62,865 bases of DNA. It comes from an uncultured Mollicutes bacterium (GTDB lineage: Bacteria > Bacillota_I > Bacilli_A > ML615J-28 > CAG-313). A program made the translations under genes and the position numbers. The stretch is taken from NCBI GenBank assembly GCA_900538885.1, contig UQAI01000003.1, positions 1-62,865 of the forward strand, read 5' to 3'. The notes under the pieces are model-generated. The model did no database searches. It saw nothing but the letters and a program-made list of their open reading frames with translations, and had not been told where the DNA came from. Positions 35,716 to 45,200 of the stretch are shown in pieces (position 1 is the stretch's first letter; each line of letters opens with the position of its first letter).

Positions 35716-36414
35716 ATGAGATTATTAAAAAAATGTTTAGCGGAAGGAATTGGAACCGCCGTATTAGTTGTTTTTGCTTGTGGTGTTGCTGTATGGACCA
35801 AAGGTAATGTTATCGCAACCGCTTTAGCTTTTAGTTTAGCTGTTATTGCAATGGCATACTCTATTGGTAATATTTCTGGATGTCACGTTAATCCAGTAGT
35901 ATCGTTAGTGTTATTTTTAGATAAAAAAATAAGAGGTAAAGAATTAATATTTTATATTATTTCACAAATTCTAGGTGCTATAATTGGAAGTTTAGTTTTA
36001 GCCCTTTTCTTTAAAGATGCAAGTAATTTAGGCAGCAATATCATCCAAAACTATTTAATAAAATATAAAGGTAATGATGGAAGTATGCTTTGTCCATATT
36101 TACTTGGTGTACTTGTGGAAATTATTTTAACATTTGTTTTTATGTTAGCAGTACTAGGAGTTTTATCAAAACCAGAAAATAAAAGAATTACAGGAATAAT
36201 CATTGGCCTTTCACTTGGTTTAGTTCATTTACTCGGTTTAGCATTAACAGGAACCTCGGTAAATCCTGCAAGATCAATTGGCCCGGCAATAATAGAGGCT
36301 TTTAGCGGTAAAACTCAAGCATTAAAAGAACTTTGGATTTTCATTATAGGTCCTTGTTTTGGTGGCTGTTTGGCTTTAATAACACACAAATGTTTAACAA
36401 AAAGTAACAAATAG
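35716..36414 (+). CDS. MIP-family channel (aquaporin/glycerol facilitator-like)
   Basis: Six TM helices with an NPV box (HVNPVVS) and an NPA box (VNPARSIGP). Confidence 0.85.
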   Translation: MRLLKKCLAEGIGTAVLVVFACGVAVWTKGNVIATALAFSLAVIAMAYSIGNISGCHVNPVVSLVLFLDKKIRGKELIFYIISQILGAIIGSLVLALFFKDASNLGSNIIQNYLIKYKGNDGSMLCPYLLGVLVEIILTFVFMLAVLGVLSKPENKRITGIIIGLSLGLVHLLGLALTGTSVNPARSIGPAIIEAFSGKTQALKELWIFIIGPCFGGCLALITHKCLTKSNK

Positions 36415-36434
36415 TGGAGGAATCTCCACTTTTT
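36414..36434 (+). terminator. Rho-independent terminator
   Basis: The stem GTGGAG/CTCCAC has a GAAT loop and is followed by TTTTT. Confidence 0.75.
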
Positions 36435-36487
36435 ACTTCTATTTAAGCATAAATTCAGTATAATTTCACCTAATTTTAAAAAAAATG

Positions 36488-36496
36488 TGGTATAAT
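36488..36496 (+). promoter_or_regulatory. Extended -10 promoter element TGGTATAAT
   Basis: A perfect TGnTATAAT lies 32 nt upstream of ATG 36528. Confidence 0.45.
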
Positions 36497-36527
36497 AGTA
36501 TAGTAATATCACACTAGGGGGTGAATT

Positions 36528-37208
36528 ATGTATCAAATATTAATAGTTGACGATGAAATGCAAATCCGTGAATTAGTGAAAAAATATGCACAATTTGAAG
36601 GTTATGAAGTGAGTGAAGCTTGTAACGGCTTAGAGGCAATATCGAAAGTTAACGAAAAAAAGCCAGACATTATTATTATGGATGTGATGATGCCAGAACT
36701 TGATGGTTATTCGGCGGTTAAAGAAATTAGAAAAAATAACAAAATTCCAATTATTATGCTTTCGGCTCGGGGTGAAGAGTATGATAAATTGTATGGATTT
36801 GATCTAGGCATTGATGATTATGTAACTAAGCCTTTTTCACCAAAAGAGTTAATGATGAGAATTAATGCGGTTTTAACAAGATACCATTCAAAAGAGGCTT
36901 CAAAAGAAGAACCAAAGACCTTAACATTTGCAACTCTAAAAATTGATCTTAGTGCTCACATTGTTTATGTGGATGATGTTAAAATAGACTTAACCCATAA
37001 AGAGTATGAATTACTGTTATATCTTGTAAACAATGCTAACGTGGCCGTAACCAGAGAACAATTACTCGAAAAAGTTTGGGGCTATGGTTATTACGGTGAT
37101 GACAGGACACTAGATACGCATATGAAGTCACTTAGAAAAAAGATTGGTAAGTATTCTGACAATATTATTACTATAAGAAGGGTAGGATATCGTTTTGAAA
37201 CTAAATAA
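36528..37208 (+). CDS. OmpR-family two-component response regulator
   Basis: The receiver domain (ILIVDDE, IIIMDVMMPELDG) is followed by a winged-helix output domain (LTHKEYELLLYL, RRVGYRF). Confidence 0.9.
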   Translation: MYQILIVDDEMQIRELVKKYAQFEGYEVSEACNGLEAISKVNEKKPDIIIMDVMMPELDGYSAVKEIRKNNKIPIIMLSARGEEYDKLYGFDLGIDDYVTKPFSPKELMMRINAVLTRYHSKEASKEEPKTLTFATLKIDLSAHIVYVDDVKIDLTHKEYELLLYLVNNANVAVTREQLLEKVWGYGYYGDDRTLDTHMKSLRKKIGKYSDNIITIRRVGYRFETK

Positions 37209-38691
37209 AATGAGCTTAAAGTGGAAATTATTCCTATATATTTTATTTTTCTCGGCGATTGTTATTTTAATTTTTTGTGTCTTTCAAATCTTGTTGCTAG
37301 ATAAAGTATATCGTTCTACTAAAATTAAACAGACAAAATCACTCATGCAAGAAATTTATACAACCATTGATGGTAGTAATGTAACCGCATATGCTAATAA
37401 CAATTCAGAAGAAGTAAAGAAGATAACAAATCTTTTAAAAGATGCGGAAGCTAGTGTTTACTTAGTAAAACAAGTAGTAATGAATCCACTTTTAGGAATT
37501 GTTGAATATCCTTTAATATATGGAGATGGTGATTTTAATACTAAAATTTTGAATGTTGATCAGTTAAATAAAGTGTATCAAGGAATTGAGAAAACTGGTC
37601 AACCTAAGTTTGTAGTCATAAAAGATGATACACGACCTGAATTTCAACAGGTGATAACCGATAAAGTTGATGTTATCGAAAATAATGCGATCATTTATTG
37701 TGAAAGGGTTAAGCTTGCCGATAATTATAGTGATTATATGATTGTGATGTATGCGAGGGTTACTCCGGTACAGCCAGCGATTGACACATTAAAGACACAA
37801 TTGCTTTATATTACTTTAATTGTCATAGCACTCTCAATTTGTATTGCCTTATTAATGTCTAAAGCAATATCAAAACCAATTATTGAACTTACCACTGCCG
37901 CATCTTATTTAGGCGAAGGTGATTATGAAAATCTTGTATTTAATGCGGAAGGGTATAAAGAAATATCAGAATTAAATGATACTTTAAATTACGCGGTTGA
38001 TGAATTAAAGAAAACCGAGACTCTTAATCGCGAATTACTAGCTAATATATCGCATGATTTAAGAACGCCTTTAACTCTTATCACAGGGTATGCGGAAATG
38101 ATTAGAGATTTTCCAAATGAAGATCAAAATGCTAATGTCCAAATTATTATTGATGAAGCAAACCGCCTTAAAAATCTTGTTTCTGACCTTCTTGTTTTAT
38201 CGAGAATTTCCGCTAGAACTGAGCCATTAAATAAAACAAAATTTGATTTAACTGCTTTAATTGAAACTATCGTAACTAGACAACAAAAGTTTTTAGAAGT
38301 AGAATCATTTAAGTTAACTTTTAACTTTAATGAACATATTTATGTTGTTGCTGATAGTGGTAAGATTGAACAAGTAATTTATAATTTTATTAGTAATGCG
38401 GTTAATTATAGTGGTGAATCAAGAACAATTGAAGTCAATCAAATCATTAAAGACAAAATGGTTAGAATCGAAGTTAAAGATTATGGCATTGGTATTAAAA
38501 AAGAAGAACTAGAATATGTATGGCAAAGATATTACCGAGTTGATAAAGGACATCAACGCCCTACCCAAGGTAGTGGTTTAGGACTATCAATCATTAAAGG
38601 TATTTTGGATTATCATGAATTTAAGTATGGAGTAACTTCAGTTGAAAATAAAGGTAGTACTTTTTGGTTTGAAGCACCAATTGCAAAGTAA
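37195..38691 (+). CDS. Sensor histidine kinase (two TM helices, ~170-aa extracytoplasmic loop, HAMP, HisKA, HATPase)
   Basis: H-box SHDLRTPLT, N-box NFISNAVNYS, DYGIGI and GSGLGLSI. TTG 37195 sits 7 nt after GGTAGGA. ATG 37210 is an alternative start. Confidence 0.9.
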   Translation: MKLNKMSLKWKLFLYILFFSAIVILIFCVFQILLLDKVYRSTKIKQTKSLMQEIYTTIDGSNVTAYANNNSEEVKKITNLLKDAEASVYLVKQVVMNPLLGIVEYPLIYGDGDFNTKILNVDQLNKVYQGIEKTGQPKFVVIKDDTRPEFQQVITDKVDVIENNAIIYCERVKLADNYSDYMIVMYARVTPVQPAIDTLKTQLLYITLIVIALSICIALLMSKAISKPIIELTTAASYLGEGDYENLVFNAEGYKEISELNDTLNYAVDELKKTETLNRELLANISHDLRTPLTLITGYAEMIRDFPNEDQNANVQIIIDEANRLKNLVSDLLVLSRISARTEPLNKTKFDLTALIETIVTRQQKFLEVESFKLTFNFNEHIYVVADSGKIEQVIYNFISNAVNYSGESRTIEVNQIIKDKMVRIEVKDYGIGIKKEELEYVWQRYYRVDKGHQRPTQGSGLGLSIIKGILDYHEFKYGVTSVENKGSTFWFEAPIAK

Positions 38692-38721
38692 AATTTACAA
38701 TAATTAGGAAGGAAAAAGGAA

Positions 38722-39948
38722 ATGAAGAAGAAAAGTTTATCAATTATATTATGTATTGTCATGGTATTTTGTTTAGTTGGATGCCGTGCTAATGGTTCAA
38801 CAACTAATAATGTCACAAATAACATTACAAACGAAATTACCAATAAAGTTGTTAATTATGAAGATATTAAAATTACTGATTTGGAAAATGCTGTAGAAGA
38901 AACTGTAAAACGTGTTGAAAATGCAGTGATTGGTGTCATTTTAAAACAAGTAAGTACCGTTAGTGGTAATGTAACATCCGAAGATAATTATGGTATTGGT
39001 AGTGGTGTAATTTACAAGAGAGTTGAAAACTATAATGGTGAAACTTTAACGGGATATACTTATTATGCTATTACTAATCGCCATGTAGTAACTGATGAAG
39101 ATGGAAAATTAAAAGGTGAAAGCAAGGTTTATGTGTATCTTGGCTCTCATGATTTAGAATTAGAAGCCAAGGTAATCGCATATGATGATAAAGATGATTT
39201 AGCTTGCATAACATTTAATTCAAATATTTTCATCCAACCTGTTGAATTTGCAGACAGCGACCAAATTGAGAAAGGTTCATTTGTAATTGCCGTAGGTAAT
39301 CCAGAAGGCTTTGATTATTATGGTTCGGTTACTTTTGGAGTTGTTAGTGGTCCATTACGTTATATTTCTGCTGATACTGACGGTGATGGCACTAAAGATT
39401 TTTATGGTAAATACATTCAACATGATGCATCAATTAATCCTGGAAACAGTGGTGGTGGTCTATTTACTTTAGATGGTAAATTAATAGGCATTAATACTTT
39501 AAAAATTTCATCTAATAACGTTGACAATATGGGATTTGCGATTCCATCTAATGAAGTAAAACTTGTGGTAACTGAATATCTTGAAAAAAATATCAAGATA
39601 GTAAGACCAAGATTAGGTATTTCTGGTACAACAGTAAGAGATTTAACTCCAGCCACAATTTCTCAATTAGGTTTAAAGAGCATTCCTACATCAATTTATG
39701 AAGCAGGCGAAGCAGCTTATGGAATTTATGTTCGCGATGTAACTACTGGTGGAACTATGTCAAGTACTAATATAAGTTCTGATGATATTCTTTTAACATT
39801 CGATGGTGTAAAGTTAAAGAATATGTCAACTCTTTCAGCAATGCTAAATACTTTAACCGATTATAAAGTTGGTTCATCTGTAAAAATTACATATTATGAT
39901 CGTTCTGAAAATAAAGTTGTTGAAACAAATATAGTTTTAAAAGCTTAA
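38722..39948 (+). CDS. htrA: HtrA/DegP-family serine protease lipoprotein with C-terminal PDZ domain
   Basis: Lipobox LVG-C, the trypsin-like catalytic triad context (TNRHVV, DLAC, GNSGGGLF) and a PDZ-like tail. Confidence 0.85.
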   Translation: MKKKSLSIILCIVMVFCLVGCRANGSTTNNVTNNITNEITNKVVNYEDIKITDLENAVEETVKRVENAVIGVILKQVSTVSGNVTSEDNYGIGSGVIYKRVENYNGETLTGYTYYAITNRHVVTDEDGKLKGESKVYVYLGSHDLELEAKVIAYDDKDDLACITFNSNIFIQPVEFADSDQIEKGSFVIAVGNPEGFDYYGSVTFGVVSGPLRYISADTDGDGTKDFYGKYIQHDASINPGNSGGGLFTLDGKLIGINTLKISSNNVDNMGFAIPSNEVKLVVTEYLEKNIKIVRPRLGISGTTVRDLTPATISQLGLKSIPTSIYEAGEAAYGIYVRDVTTGGTMSSTNISSDDILLTFDGVKLKNMSTLSAMLNTLTDYKVGSSVKITYYDRSENKVVETNIVLKA

Positions 39949-39969
39949 AGGTTAATATTATTAGAAAAA

Positions 39970-40011
39970 CTTAAATAATGGATAAAGTATTTCATTATTT
40001 GAGTTTTTTTC
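39970..40011 (+). terminator. Rho-independent terminator after htrA
   Basis: An 11-bp stem CTTAAATAATG/CATTATTTGAG (one G-U pair) is followed by T7. Confidence 0.7.
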
Positions 40012-40078
40012 TTTATCATAAGATTTGCTTTAATGCTCTAAATAAGTGATTTTTTCTTATTAAATAGGGAAAAATTAT

Positions 40079-40108
40079 TTGCAAAAAAGGGTCGAAATAT
40101 GGTATACT
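40079..40108 (+). promoter_or_regulatory. Sigma-A promoter for the ABC-F gene
   Basis: TTGCAA (40079-40084), an 18-nt spacer, then TATACT with TG extension (TGGTATACT 40100-40108). Confidence 0.6.
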
Positions 40109-40136
40109 ATAATGTAGTAATACTAGAGGTAAAATT

Positions 40137-41690
40137 ATGTTAGTAACAGTAGAAAATTTAAATTTGACATACGATAAAAAAAGAATATTTAATAATGCAA
40201 GTTTTAGAATTCTTGAAAATGAAAAAATAGGCGTAATAGGAAATAACGGTGTTGGCAAGTCAACCCTAATTCAAGTCTTATGTGGAAAAGTATTGCCAGA
40301 TAGTGGTACTATTACCTTTGATAAAAATCTAAAAGTAGGTTATTTAGACCAATATATGCATATTAATAAAAAACTTACAATTGAAGAATACCTAAAAGAA
40401 GCATTTAAAGAACTATATAAAGAAGAACAAATAATGAATGAAATGCTTGATGAAATGAAGACTATCACAGATCATACTCTAATTGATCGTTATGTTAGAA
40501 ATACTAGTAGAATTAGAGAGGAACTAGAAAGTAAAGATTTTTACGCCTTAAATTCAAAAATTGCACGTATCGCAACGGGACTTGGGGTGGTTAATTATGG
40601 AATGAAAACCATAATGGAGCATTTATCAGGTGGTCAAAAAATGAAAGTAATATTGACAAAATTATTACTTGAACAGCCTGACTTACTTATTCTCGATGAA
40701 CCAACTAATTTTTTAGATACTGTTCATGTTGATTGGCTCGTTAAATATTTGAAGGAGTATGAAGGAAATTTTTTTATTGTTTCTCATAATCAAGAATTTT
40801 TAAATGATGTTGTAAATGTTATTATGGAATTAGAATTTGGGAAGATTACAAGGTATAAAGGTAATTATGATTCTTACAAAATAAAAAAAGCTATGCAAGT
40901 TGAAAACTATGAACGTGAGTATCTATCACAACAACGTGAAATTAAACAATTAAATGATTATATTGCTAAAAATAAAGTTAGGGCCTCAACTGCTAAAATG
41001 GCAAAAAGTAGGGAGAAAAAACTTGAAAAAATTGAAGTAATGGAAAAACCCAAAAGTGGAGATATTCATTTAAATTTATCTTTTAATTATAAACCAATTT
41101 ATTCTAGAAAGTTTCTAGAAGTAAAAGACTTAGAAATTGGTTATGATAAATCATTACTACCAGCCATGAACTTTGAAATACCAAGTGGCGAAAAACTTGC
41201 GGTTACAGGTTTCAATGGAATTGGTAAATCAACTTTATTAAAAACACTCGTAGGTGAATTAAACCCGATTGAAGGAAGTTTTAAGTTTGTTGATGATGCT
41301 TTAATTGCTTATTTTGAACAAGAACATAATTTTGAACATCCCGAATATACGCCAATGCAAGAAATTTCCAATATCTATCCTTTAATGGATGAAAAAGATG
41401 TTAGAACTAGACTTGCTAGATGTGGGTTAGTAGGCAACTTAGCAATGCAACCAATTAAAACTTTAAGTGGTGGTGAACAAGCCAAACTAAAACTTTGTAA
41501 AATTATGATGAAGAAGGCTAATGTTCTTATTCTTGATGAACCAACTAACCATTTAGATAAAATCGCAAAAGAAGAATTACTAGAATACCTTAAAAAATAT
41601 CAAGGTACAATTATTTTTGCAAGTCATGAAAAAGATTTTATCGAACGTCTTGCCACAAGAATATACAATATTGAAGATTTGTTACTCTAA
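40137..41690 (+). CDS. ABC-F family ATPase (two ABC cassettes, no TM domain)
   Basis: GNNGVGKST / LSGGQ / LLILDEPTN and GFNGIGKST / LSGGE / VLILDEPTN are separated by a charged linker. Confidence 0.9.
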   Translation: MLVTVENLNLTYDKKRIFNNASFRILENEKIGVIGNNGVGKSTLIQVLCGKVLPDSGTITFDKNLKVGYLDQYMHINKKLTIEEYLKEAFKELYKEEQIMNEMLDEMKTITDHTLIDRYVRNTSRIREELESKDFYALNSKIARIATGLGVVNYGMKTIMEHLSGGQKMKVILTKLLLEQPDLLILDEPTNFLDTVHVDWLVKYLKEYEGNFFIVSHNQEFLNDVVNVIMELEFGKITRYKGNYDSYKIKKAMQVENYEREYLSQQREIKQLNDYIAKNKVRASTAKMAKSREKKLEKIEVMEKPKSGDIHLNLSFNYKPIYSRKFLEVKDLEIGYDKSLLPAMNFEIPSGEKLAVTGFNGIGKSTLLKTLVGELNPIEGSFKFVDDALIAYFEQEHNFEHPEYTPMQEISNIYPLMDEKDVRTRLARCGLVGNLAMQPIKTLSGGEQAKLKLCKIMMKKANVLILDEPTNHLDKIAKEELLEYLKKYQGTIIFASHEKDFIERLATRIYNIEDLLL

Positions 41691-41764
41691 AATTATAGTT
41701 ATATGTTTGATAAAAAAAGCATATTTTGATAAAATATACTAATAAGAATAAAAGGAGAATGACT

Positions 41765-42241
41765 ATGGTACGCGTACATATGATGGTAGGAATACCAGGA
41801 AGTGGTAAAAGCACATATGCTAGACAACTAAGCCAAGAAAAAGGGTATAAGATAGTTTCAACCGATGTTATTAGAATGGTGCACCCTGATTGGGAAGAAC
41901 CACTAATTTGGCCTGAAGTTTATCGTTTAACTGCTGAATACTTGAAAAATGGTACCGATGTTATTTTTGATGCTACCAACATTACTCCCAAGGTTAGAAA
42001 TAGATTTAAAGATGAAGTAAGTAAATATTTCAATGAATTTGAAGTAGCAGCATATTATTTTGACACTTTACCAGTGATTTGTGCGAAAAGAGTTGAAATG
42101 CGTAATAAAATGGCTAATGAACTTTATTTGCCAGTTGAAGTTGTCTTTTCATATGGTGAAAAAATTGTTAAACCAACACTGGATGAAGGCTTTATAGAAA
42201 TAATTAATGTTAATAACTTAGAAAGGAAAGAATATGAGTAA
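41765..42241 (+). CDS. P-loop kinase-like ATP-binding protein (AAA_33/polynucleotide-kinase-like)
   Basis: Walker A GIPGSGKST lies near the N-terminus. AAAGGAG sits 7 nt before ATG 41765. The 3' end overlaps polC by 8 nt. Confidence 0.65.
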   Translation: MVRVHMMVGIPGSGKSTYARQLSQEKGYKIVSTDVIRMVHPDWEEPLIWPEVYRLTAEYLKNGTDVIFDATNITPKVRNRFKDEVSKYFNEFEVAAYYFDTLPVICAKRVEMRNKMANELYLPVEVVFSYGEKIVKPTLDEGFIEIINVNNLERKEYE

Positions 42242-45200
42242 TGCAAAGTGGCTTGAAACATTAGAACTTTCAAATATTGAAGTTAATGATGATATTAAAA
42301 ATGGTGAAATTACATCAGTTAAAGTAAAACAAAGCGACAATTCATGGCGTATCTTCATAACTCTTGGACGTGTACTTCCATGGGATCAACTTTCGGATAT
42401 GCTTGAAAAAATTAAAAATGCCTTTATGACAAAATACAATGTTTCTAAGGTGTTATTTACAATTAGATGGTTAGACACCACAATAACAAGTGAAGATTTA
42501 ATTGCTTACTTTAATGCTGGTGTTGATGTATGTAAAAAAATTAAAGCTACAACTATCTTGCTAGCAGAATTTCCTTTTCAGATTAAAGAAAATAACTTAA
42601 TTCTTAAAGTTCCTACTAAAGAAAATCAAAATGTAGTAGATGAACATTTACCATTAATTCAAGCTTTTTTTGTTAATTACGGAATTGGACATATAAAAGT
42701 GAGCAGTTCAATTGATATAGATGAAGTCTCTAAAGGTGATTTACATCATGAATCAATTGTCAGAATGGAAGACCAAAATGAAGCTAAAAGTGTTGAATTA
42801 TATCAACAAAAGAAAGCAGAAGCAGCCGAAGGAAGAGAAGAAGCAACATTTTATCGTAATAACTTCAATCACGTTTTAACTATTGTTCTTCACGAAGTTC
42901 CGATGACTAGTATGGAAGTTGAAGAATTCAAACAAATCAATGGTACCAATAAAGTTGAAACTACTGGTATTGTTGTTAAAACTTCAACTAGAGAACTAAA
43001 AACTAGAGATGGTAGAACTTTAAGATTATTTGAAGGTGTTATTACCGATTTTCAAGATTCAATTATTATCAAAAGATTTTATCGTGAAAGTGATGCGAGA
43101 ATATTTGAAGAAGATATTAAACCTAATAAACGAATTGTTATTCAAGGTAATATTCAATGGGATGATTTTGCCAAAGATGTTGTAATTATGTGTGATCGTG
43201 TTACTGTATGTGGTGTCGATGCATCAAGACAACGTTTTGATAGTAGTCTTGAAAAACGTGTAGAACTTCACGCTCATACTAAAATGTCAGTGCTTGATAG
43301 TATTTTAAATGTTGATGAATATGTTGAACAAGCAAAACGATTTGGACATCGTGCTCTTGCGGTAACAGATCATGCTAATTGTCATATTTTACCAGAGTTT
43401 TTCTCATTATGTAAAAAGAATGATATTAAGCCGATAGCTGGAGTTGAAGCATATTTTGTTGATGATACAAATTTAAGAATTGTTCATCCATATAGTGAAG
43501 ATATAGACCTTAAAAAAGCAACATTTGTAGTTTTTGACCTTGAAACAACAGGATTAAGTGTCAACTATAATGAAATAATTGAAATAGGTGCGGTAAAAGT
43601 AAAAGATGGAATGATTATTGACTCATTTTCAACTTTTGTAAAGCCACGAAAGCCAATTTCTAGTTTTATAACCGAACTAACAAGTATTACAAATGAAATG
43701 GTTGTAAATTCCCCATACATTGAAAGTGTGTTTAAAGATTTCTTAGCCTTCATTGAAGGAAGTGTACTAGTAGCTCAAAACGCTGATTTTGATACTGGTT
43801 TCTTATATCAAACAATGCGCAATCAAAATATGGAAATTACGCGTTATCCATGCATTGATACCCTAGATTTAGCACGTACTTTATATCCAGAAGGATTAAA
43901 AAACTATAAACTTGAAACAATTGCTAAATACTTAAAAGTTGAAATTGAGCAACAACACCGAGCAATCCACGATGCGAGAACAACAACTAATGTATTTAAT
44001 CGTATGCTTGTTGATTTATTTAATGAAGGAATTACGAAATATAATTCTATTAACACCCTAATTAAACCAGAACAACTTGCAAAAACAAAAAGACCAACAC
44101 ATTTATGTATTTTAGTACGCAATAAAACTGGATTAAAGAACTTTTATAAGATCATATCCGATGCTCATACGACTCACTTTAATCGTGATGCTTGTGTACA
44201 TAAGACTGTTCTTGACAAGTATCGTGAAGGCTTATTAGTGGGTAGTGGCTGTGCTAACGGTGATATTTTTGAAACAGCTTATGAAAAGTCATATGAAGAA
44301 TTATTGGATAAAGTAAGTTATTATGATTATTTAGAAGTACAACCCCCAGAATGTTATAATTGGTTGTTTGAAAACTTACCAGATGAAGAACGAATACCAA
44401 TAATTCAAGATATTATTAAAAAAATCATTTCTGCGGGCAATGAGAAAAATGTACTTGTTGTTGCGACAGGTGATGTACATCAATTATTAAAAGAAGATAG
44501 TAAGTATCGAAGCATTTATCTTTCTGTAGCAAGACCTAATGGTGGTGGGCCACATCCACTATCAAGGTATGCACCTTTAAACATGCATTTTAGAAGTACT
44601 ACAGAAATGCTTGATGATTTTAGTTTCTTGCCAGCTAATGAAGCGTATGATTTGGTAGTTACTAATACTAAAAAAATTAATGAAATGATTGAAGATTATC
44701 CGTTATTTCCAAACAAACTATACGTTCCACGTGATGACTTTATGAGTAAAATTGGAGTTCCATCGATGAAAGAGGCGGTATATGATATTTCTTTTGCTAC
44801 AACTCGTAAGAAATATGGTGAAAATTTACCTCTTTATGTTCAAGAACGTTTAGAAAAAGAATTAGAAGCAATAATTGGTCACGGTTATTTTTCAGTATAT
44901 TTCATTTCCCATTTACTAGTTAAAAACTCAAATGAAGCTGGTTATATTGTTGGAAGTAGAGGTTCAGTTGGTAGTAGTTTTGTTGCCACTATGATGGGAA
45001 TAACCGAAGTAAATCCATTAAAACCACATTATGTGTGTCCAAAATGCAAATTTAGTGTTTTTAAACTAAGTGATGAAGAAAAAGAAAGATATCATATGAG
45101 TGTACCTGCAGAACTTGATGCTAAACTTAAAAAAGTTGGTGTAGGTATGGACTTAGAAGATGCATATTGTCCGATTTGTGGTGAAAAACTAAATAAAGAT

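Noticed and set aside
40137-41690. The ABC-F protein might have been an antibiotic-resistance (ARE) determinant.
   Set aside because: The 5' UTR is only about 25 nt and has no leader peptide or attenuator hairpins. The gene sits among housekeeping genes with no mobile context. A housekeeping translation-factor-type ABC-F is more likely, but sequence alone cannot decide.
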